DNA from: an uncultured virus (IMG/VR IMGVR_UViG_3300031951_000033)
Lineage: Duplodnaviria; Heunggongvirae; Uroviricota; Caudoviricetes
Length of the DNA: 64,000 nt
Reading direction: 5' to 3' (one strand)
IMG/VR virus record: IMGVR_UViG_3300031951_000033
Shown: in pieces, positions 57,606 to 64,000 of the stretch
Position numbering within the stretch: position 1 is the first letter of the stretch
How the letters are laid out: each line of letters starts with the position of its first letter
Position numbers and translations under genes: made by a program
Notes under the pieces: generated by a model
The model's database searches: none
The model's input: the letters and a program-made list of their open reading frames with translations, nothing else
What the model was told of the DNA's origin: nothing

Positions 57606-60518
57606 ATGGCCGGCGAAAACGATAAGTTAACAGCAGAACAGATAGCAAGACTAGCAGCAGAAGTTGGTTTAGGTCAAGCCGCGTCTCGTGCACTTCAAGG
57701 TGTAGTAAATAAAACTCAAGCATACGAGATGAATCAGCAGCGCATGCAGAGCATTGCTGCTGATCCTACATACGCCGCATTTACAACAGGGATAGGAGGT
57801 AGACCGCCGCTAAGTGTATCCGATCCTAATAATTCTCAGCTCGTAGATAGATATCATAGGCTCGAAGAGATGATGACTCGCGCAGCTAACGTAAACTCTA
57901 CGATAGACGAAAAAGCTAGACAGCGAGCAATGGAAGCGGTCGGCCACGATATCAAGTCGAGAATGTCTGAGTCTGCTGTAAATGGCGAGACACTCAGGAT
58001 GATGGAAAGTCCTAGTATTCAGCAAGCCGGATACAGGATGGCGTCTCAAATGGCGCCGCATCTTATACAACGATCTATAAGCTCTTTGTCTGGAAACATC
58101 AACGCCATAAGAGAAGGCGCGTTTGGCGAAATACCAAGTCTTTTTGATCCTACCGGTCAAATAAATGTTGAGACTATGGCCAGTATAGGCGGTGCGTTCC
58201 ACAGTGTAAGAACAAACACTGCAGAGTTGGCCAAATATAAGGCGGCATACAGACACATAAGATCGCAAGGCCTTGACCCTGAAAGCCAGTTTCAGGAAGC
58301 GGCTTCGGAAGCCGGTAGAGCAGAAGGAATTTTGCTCAGAAATAAGGTTTCTAAAAATATAGAGCAAAACGCTTATGGAAGCGCTGAAGATTTAACTAAA
58401 CGTGAAATACAGATTGCAGAGAGACTTCTTAAGATAAAGAAGGAACTTGTTGAAGTAACGGAGGAAGAGTCTGAGAAGGCAGAAAAATTATTCGCCGAAA
58501 GAAGAAAATTATCAGAAGAGCTCACTGAAGTAGGTGAAGCAAGAAGACAGCAAGGCGGTGGTGGAGGACAAGGTAGATTTGGCGCGCTTAGAAAATATGG
58601 TCCGCTCATCGATGCCGCAGAGCTAATTCCTCAAGGCATAAGAACTGCGAATAACGTAGCGCTGACCGATGTTAATCTGCAGCGTAGCGCTGCGGATTGG
58701 GAAAACACCAAATACGGTCTTTACACTAGAGCTGCTAAAGGAGACATGGCCGCACTGTCTGCCATGGAATCGTTTAGCACCGCTGAGCAATTTGGAAATC
58801 TTTTGGGGGCCGGAGAACGTGCATCGTCTGTTTTTGATGTTCTGCTGTCTGCCGGAAGAGGCGCACTTTACGGTGCAGGCACAGGCGCTGTAGCAGGAGC
58901 TCTTGGCGGTCCAATAGGCGCTGGCGGCGGCGCGATAATAGGTGGAATAGGCGGCGCACTATCTGGGATCGGAAACGCCGTATTCGGTCAATCTGCCGCT
59001 GGAATAAATCTTCAAGGAAGGCATGCGGTACTTGATGCTCAAATGGCCCTTGCATCTATATCTTCTCAGCAAAGACAGGGCTTTTATAATTTTTCTACAG
59101 GTCTAGCTGTAGCCGGCAGAAACATGGGAGGTTCTGCGCGAGAAGCTATGATTCAAGGGCTTACTAGCACGCAAGGGCTTGACATGATGAGCAATCTTGG
59201 CATAACGCCAGACCAGATGATTGCTTATCAGTCGTTCGGCGCGCAAACTATAGGCAACACATTTAGCACAAATCAGGTCGCACTATCACGCCGGCTTGAG
59301 AGAGCTGGACTTGGTGATGTACAGCAGAACTTAATGCGTATTGGCGGCTTCGCTGAAGCCGGCGCAAACAATCCGCAGAAGGCGCTTGAGACAACTATGT
59401 CTTATGCGCTATCTAGTGCGATAGAAAACTCTAAGGTTCTTAATGCAGTCGCGCAAAACACAGCGGGTTTGTCGTATGCCGGTGCTGCTTTAGGTATAGA
59501 TACTACTGCTGCTGCGGCTAGAGGAATCACGCTGGGCGTAAGACAAGATCAAAATCAAGGCTTCATGGTAAGCCAAAACGCCATGATGCAGCAAACACTT
59601 GCTTCTAGGATGACCGACATCAACGTCGGTCTTACCCCTGGTATCGGTCTTGCTGCCACTACCCGAGCATTAGGAAGAGCGGGCATAGGCAGCATAAATG
59701 CTCCGCTTGTTCAGATGCTGGATCCAGCAACTCTTCAGACACTGATGCAGACAGCTGAAACAGGTGATGCGTATACACTTAGCACTCAACTAGCGCAAGG
59801 TCACCTAGGTTTTATGTCTAACAGGGCGTTCACCCCTGAGGGCAGAAAACAGATAAAAGATATATTGGGCGCTCAAGCTAATTATCGTGTAGGCAATCTT
59901 ATAGGCGGCGAAACAAACATGGCTCTTGGCGTTTCTGGCATGAAAGGCTATGACACGCTTATAAAGAATATAACTGCCGGCAAATACAGCGTTGAGCAAC
60001 TAGAGACAGCAGCGTTTGGAAATGTTACACCAGAAGGAATGTCTGCAGAAGAAGCCGCGGTATTCGCAAGAAGTTTTCAGGGTGCGGCAATGAGAGGAAT
60101 GAAAGTCTCTCCTAGAGTATTTGCGGCCGGAGCAGTAAGCCTTGGAAGAGGCGGAAAAGTTCCTCCAGAGGCACAAGCCTTAATGAAGCAGCTTGAGACT
60201 CAACAAAAGACTGGTCAGCAATTAGAGGGCGTTTTATCCACCGATGCTAAGCAGCAAGTTGAGGCCATGAAGGTTGCAATAGATGGTATGGGAGGTTCTG
60301 CCGGAAACGCAGTAGAGGCAATAAATAAACTTTCTGTGGCATTTGATGCTATAGCTAGAAATGCGCCTGCGGTAGAAAGAGCAGCAAAAGATGCGGCAAA
60401 AAGAGCTAGCGAGGACCTTAGGCAGGTTGTAGACTATTCTAAGATGACTCCCTACGAATCATTTATGGTGGGCGGTATTCCAGGGATGATGCAGAGTTTT
60501 CAATCGTCTAAAAAATAA
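57606..60518 (+). CDS. tape measure protein
   Basis: 970 aa, Ala/Gly/Gln-rich helical with a glycine-zipper segment; canonical position. Confidence 0.8.
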   Translation: MAGENDKLTAEQIARLAAEVGLGQAASRALQGVVNKTQAYEMNQQRMQSIAADPTYAAFTTGIGGRPPLSVSDPNNSQLVDRYHRLEEMMTRAANVNSTIDEKARQRAMEAVGHDIKSRMSESAVNGETLRMMESPSIQQAGYRMASQMAPHLIQRSISSLSGNINAIREGAFGEIPSLFDPTGQINVETMASIGGAFHSVRTNTAELAKYKAAYRHIRSQGLDPESQFQEAASEAGRAEGILLRNKVSKNIEQNAYGSAEDLTKREIQIAERLLKIKKELVEVTEEESEKAEKLFAERRKLSEELTEVGEARRQQGGGGGQGRFGALRKYGPLIDAAELIPQGIRTANNVALTDVNLQRSAADWENTKYGLYTRAAKGDMAALSAMESFSTAEQFGNLLGAGERASSVFDVLLSAGRGALYGAGTGAVAGALGGPIGAGGGAIIGGIGGALSGIGNAVFGQSAAGINLQGRHAVLDAQMALASISSQQRQGFYNFSTGLAVAGRNMGGSAREAMIQGLTSTQGLDMMSNLGITPDQMIAYQSFGAQTIGNTFSTNQVALSRRLERAGLGDVQQNLMRIGGFAEAGANNPQKALETTMSYALSSAIENSKVLNAVAQNTAGLSYAGAALGIDTTAAAARGITLGVRQDQNQGFMVSQNAMMQQTLASRMTDINVGLTPGIGLAATTRALGRAGIGSINAPLVQMLDPATLQTLMQTAETGDAYTLSTQLAQGHLGFMSNRAFTPEGRKQIKDILGAQANYRVGNLIGGETNMALGVSGMKGYDTLIKNITAGKYSVEQLETAAFGNVTPEGMSAEEAAVFARSFQGAAMRGMKVSPRVFAAGAVSLGRGGKVPPEAQALMKQLETQQKTGQQLEGVLSTDAKQQVEAMKVAIDGMGGSAGNAVEAINKLSVAFDAIARNAPAVERAAKDAAKRASEDLRQVVDYSKMTPYESFMVGGIPGMMQSFQSSKK

Positions 60519-60521
60519 AAC

Positions 60522-62339
60522 ATGAGCGCGAACACAAAAAGCAACTTCAGAATAGAGACGCCGCATGCAGCAATAAAGATATGGAACTATGTTGACAGAG
60601 GCGGCGCAGAGGGAATGAGTGCCGTCAACAGCGTTTCTGAAACCATAATAAGCACTGTTTCGTGTGTTTCTATAACCACAAACAAGACCAAATCAAGCCC
60701 TATCGGTACGTTTTCTGTGGTGTTGGCCCCGTCTAGAAACTGGGTATCTCACATAGTGGCAGGAAGTTGGTGCGTCATAATGATGTCCAACGAGAAGATA
60801 ACTCAAGATGTGCTCGATAGGGCTAATAGAAAACACGTAAAAATGTTCGGCAAGATAGAGTCCGTGAGGGCATCGGTAGAAGTAGATGACACTGGCGCTC
60901 GCAGAACGTACTACATAGTAGAGGGCGTTGACTGGGGATATATCTTCGACAACAAGATATACATGGATCCCTATATAGCGAGCACTAATGAGCCTCAAAC
61001 CTGGGGAAACACGTTTGCTGCTTTTTTAGTAAGTTTAGTTGACGCTAAAAACGGAGCACCGTATCAGATAGAGACCAACGATCTTCTGATGTTTTTTATC
61101 AAGATTTTTGCTTCAAACAGCGCAACAATACAGACCGAAGAAGGAAAAATAGGCAGGCTGGGTAAGGCTGTTTACAGATTCTTGATTCCTGATGAAGTCT
61201 CAAGATTTTTTGGGTTCGCGATCCCAAACAACACTTCATCTAGCGGAAACAACGAATCTGAAATCGAAAAAGAGCAAAAGATAGGTGCCGACACTAGAGA
61301 CATTGCGAATCTTATACATCTTATAAGCGGAAAATTGGTGGGATATGATTCATATCAAGGTACATACGAGTCATACACATTTTTGAATCCTTATACTCTA
61401 CAGGGTGTAAACACTTTGTGGCAGGTAATGATGGACGCTATAAACAGATGTATAAGCGAGCTCGTGACAGACATGGAGTGGACTCCTAGTGGAAGACCTA
61501 AATTGTCGCTGTACAACAGGATATACCCGTTTTCTTATCGCAGCGGACTGACGACAGACGCTCAGGGTCAACCTATTGGCAGCGGTGTTTTTGCGCTGCG
61601 CTCAATGTTCTACAACCTTAAGAGATACAACGTAGACAATGTGACCGTACTGTCGGTAAATATCGGTACTAACTGGGCAGACAAATATAATTTTGTTGAG
61701 GTCAGGCCAGATTTTCCAGAGTTTAGATCGATAGACGGCTTGATAGCACAAAAAAGCCAAGCATGGGATCCTGTGGCATTTAGCAGAGAAGGGTTTAGAC
61801 CGCTCATAAAAGAGACACGGCACTTTCCAAGAGTGTCGCAAGATGATCCAGCGTTTGCGCCAGAAAAAGTAAAACATTGGGTTCAGTTGAACATGGAGTG
61901 GCATTTCGACACGCACAGACTTCTAAGTGGCGCTATAAGAATGACCGGTACAAGCGATTACATAAGCGTTGGTAGCAACATAAGGTTTGAGTACGGCCTA
62001 GTAAATCCGCAGAACAACTATTCAGCGCAGACTAACAAAAATAAAAGCAAGATCTACTATGTTTTGGCGCATGTAGAGTCTGTGCAGCATACTTTTACCG
62101 TAGAAGAAGACGGAGCAAGAAGTTTCGTGACTTCAGTGCAGTTTGTAAGAGGGATAGTGGTTGACGGCAATAATATCCCAGCGAACATAGGCTCTCTTGA
62201 TAAAAACGTAAATCAAATAGGATCGGGCGCCGAGTACGACAATCACAAGAATGTCACAACCTCATCCGAGTCTATGGATCCAGACCACGTCCCAGATCCT
62301 ATACACAGAGTTATAGTTCCTCCAGGAGGCTTTAAGTAA
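60522..62339 (+). CDS. baseplate hub-like protein
   Basis: position after tape measure; GTFSVVL, V.G.DWG, VESVQH.F. Confidence 0.6.
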   Translation: MSANTKSNFRIETPHAAIKIWNYVDRGGAEGMSAVNSVSETIISTVSCVSITTNKTKSSPIGTFSVVLAPSRNWVSHIVAGSWCVIMMSNEKITQDVLDRANRKHVKMFGKIESVRASVEVDDTGARRTYYIVEGVDWGYIFDNKIYMDPYIASTNEPQTWGNTFAAFLVSLVDAKNGAPYQIETNDLLMFFIKIFASNSATIQTEEGKIGRLGKAVYRFLIPDEVSRFFGFAIPNNTSSSGNNESEIEKEQKIGADTRDIANLIHLISGKLVGYDSYQGTYESYTFLNPYTLQGVNTLWQVMMDAINRCISELVTDMEWTPSGRPKLSLYNRIYPFSYRSGLTTDAQGQPIGSGVFALRSMFYNLKRYNVDNVTVLSVNIGTNWADKYNFVEVRPDFPEFRSIDGLIAQKSQAWDPVAFSREGFRPLIKETRHFPRVSQDDPAFAPEKVKHWVQLNMEWHFDTHRLLSGAIRMTGTSDYISVGSNIRFEYGLVNPQNNYSAQTNKNKSKIYYVLAHVESVQHTFTVEEDGARSFVTSVQFVRGIVVDGNNIPANIGSLDKNVNQIGSGAEYDNHKNVTTSSESMDPDHVPDPIHRVIVPPGGFK

Positions 62340-62341
62340 TC

Positions 62342-63346
62342 ATGGATTTTGGCAGGATAAGAGACAGTAGTATCTGGGAAAACGACAAGTCTAATGTTGT
62401 CGCTAGAGAGACTGATTCTGTGCTTAAGATAGGCACAGTCAAAGACGTTATAAACGATATCAACGGCGAACTAAGATACACAGTTGAAGTCCTAAACAAG
62501 GGCGTTATAGCTAGGATAAGCTGTAAATTGCTGAGGCGATTTGGCGGCGTTTACAACTACGAGGACTACGTTTACCAAGGATACAACGTTGCGCCGACAT
62601 CTACTCAGATAGGATATACGGCTAAGGCCGGTGATTCTGTGATAGTTGGACAGATAAACGGTAGAGGTTCAGAGGGCATAATTCTTGGCGGCGTCACACA
62701 CATAGCAAGAAATAGCAGCACTGCTCTTAAGGCGGCCGGTGGACCTCAGTACAACATGATGTTCAACGGGATAAATAATAGCATCAACAGTTCAGGCGAA
62801 TGGACGCTGACGTTCATGGGGTTGCCGACCAACATCAAGGTGCTTAACGATACCGCAAAAGGCCCTATTCCTGCGCCTAAATACGACACCAAGATCGGAT
62901 CTACTTTCATCAAGATAGACAAAACAGGCGGATATACAGTTAGCGACAACGCGAACGAGACTCCTCAAACGATAAAGATAGACAAAGCTGCTGGAACCGT
63001 ATCTATCATCTCGGGCAAGATAGTTCTTACTCTCACAAAGAAAAGCGAGGCTGTCTCTTTAACCAGTAAGAGTCTTGCTGTGAATGCCTCAGAGTCTATA
63101 TCTAAATCAACTAAAAAATACACCTTAAGCGCAACGACCTCAGCGAGCATAAAAAGCCCTAAAGTTGCGATAGGTACAAGTTCCATAGAGCTGCTGGATC
63201 AAATCATTAAGGCAATAGAAAAACTAGGCCTAGTTACCCCTATATCTCCAGTTGGGCCTTGTACGCCGCTGCAGGCAACGCCACAGTGGGCTCAGGTCCT
63301 ACAGATTCAGAATCAAATAAAGTCAATAAAGGGAAGCATATCTTAA
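62342..63346 (+). CDS. baseplate central spike (gpV/gp5-like)
   Basis: OB-fold-like GD.V.V..ING...GIILG followed by beta-helix-like Ser/Thr/Lys repeats. Confidence 0.7.
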   Translation: MDFGRIRDSSIWENDKSNVVARETDSVLKIGTVKDVINDINGELRYTVEVLNKGVIARISCKLLRRFGGVYNYEDYVYQGYNVAPTSTQIGYTAKAGDSVIVGQINGRGSEGIILGGVTHIARNSSTALKAAGGPQYNMMFNGINNSINSSGEWTLTFMGLPTNIKVLNDTAKGPIPAPKYDTKIGSTFIKIDKTGGYTVSDNANETPQTIKIDKAAGTVSIISGKIVLTLTKKSEAVSLTSKSLAVNASESISKSTKKYTLSATTSASIKSPKVAIGTSSIELLDQIIKAIEKLGLVTPISPVGPCTPLQATPQWAQVLQIQNQIKSIKGSIS

Positions 63347-63370
63347 CTTTATAAGGGTTATTATATCTAT

Positions 63371-64000
63371 ATGAGTTTTTTCAACGACATAGCAAATCTT
63401 GCCTCTCCGGGTCCCAGCCAATCAAATAATCGTTCGGCTGACACTCAGTTTAAAAATCCGCTGCCGTTGAACGAAAATTTTTATCCGCTGCAGTTAGAGA
63501 ACTGGTATACCGCCAAACCTTATGGCTTTAAAATGAAATCGAGGGATGGAAGCGAATACGTAATGTTTTTGCCCATCAGCCCAGCGAACCTAACTATCTC
63601 TACGCCGTTTGCTACAAACATGATCACGACTCTTTACGGTACAGTTGAAGAGCACACAAACAACAGATATTTCGACATCTCTATAGAAGGCACAACAGGT
63701 ATTTCTCCAAAGTTCGTCGAGCCTGCTCAGGTAACTAGCGGCGGAATACAGTCTGCGTTTCAAACGCTTAAAGAACCGGGAAGAGCGAGCTATCCGTTGA
63801 CTCAACCCATATTGGGCGGGTTTTTTCAGAACACCGTTAGTCAGGCTATAAACGTGTTAAATCAAGCAAAAAAGGTTGTAGACGCGTTTTCTCCTAAAAA
63901 AACCTTAGAAACTGCTTTGTATACAGATCAAACTGGATACGCGGCCTTTCACAACCTTTACAGGTTTTTGATGCAGTATAAGTATGATGTAGCTGGAGTC
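63371..64000 (+). CDS. baseplate/tube-initiator-like protein (partial, runs off window)
   Basis: frame from ATG 63371 reads MSFFNDIA...LPISPANL...ISIEGTTG; absent from the track, consistent with no stop in window. Confidence 0.6.
   Translation, partial: MSFFNDIANLASPGPSQSNNRSADTQFKNPLPLNENFYPLQLENWYTAKPYGFKMKSRDGSEYVMFLPISPANLTISTPFATNMITTLYGTVEEHTNNRYFDISIEGTTGISPKFVEPAQVTSGGIQSAFQTLKEPGRASYPLTQPILGGFFQNTVSQAINVLNQAKKVVDAFSPKKTLETALYTDQTGYAAFHNLYRFLMQYKYDVAGV

Noticed and set aside
1..64000. Stop-codon reassignment, reverse transcriptase/DGR/retron, transposase or integrase
   Set aside because: Long genes read intact in the standard code and end in all three stops; no RT, transposase or integrase motifs recognised

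Overview
Internal 64-kb segment of a large (probably jumbo) contractile-tailed dsDNA phage. Positions ~1-46,000 are mostly minus-strand early/middle genes. They include nucleotide and DNA metabolism (T4 gp42-like dCMP hydroxymethylase, degenerate ThyX, class II RNR, ATP-dependent ligase, DEDD exonuclease, two glycosylase-like proteins), proteostasis genes (Hsp20, ClpP, AAA+, MoxR/VWA pair, trypsin-like protease, two J-domain proteins), two tRNAs and many small ORFs, with scattered late-type genes. Positions ~48,200-64,000 are a plus-strand neck/tail module (neck, Nudix-fusion protein, sheath, three tube paralogs, chaperones, tape measure, baseplate). The most striking unannotated structure is a candidate transcription-takeover system: more than 20 copies of a -10-only promoter motif (AWCCGAYnnTATA), a sigma-region-2-only protein, two SutA-like proteins, and a six-member paralog family sharing a C-terminal (V/I)DxxALPxxLRxK peptide with unrelated proteins. 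Also seen: a shared NGQW motif plus LxK-S/A sites in putative head cargo proteins, leaderless late genes, repeated hairpin-promoter-palindrome cassettes, and a probable genome end or origin near 41-46 kb. All calls come from reading motifs by eye; no database searches were run.
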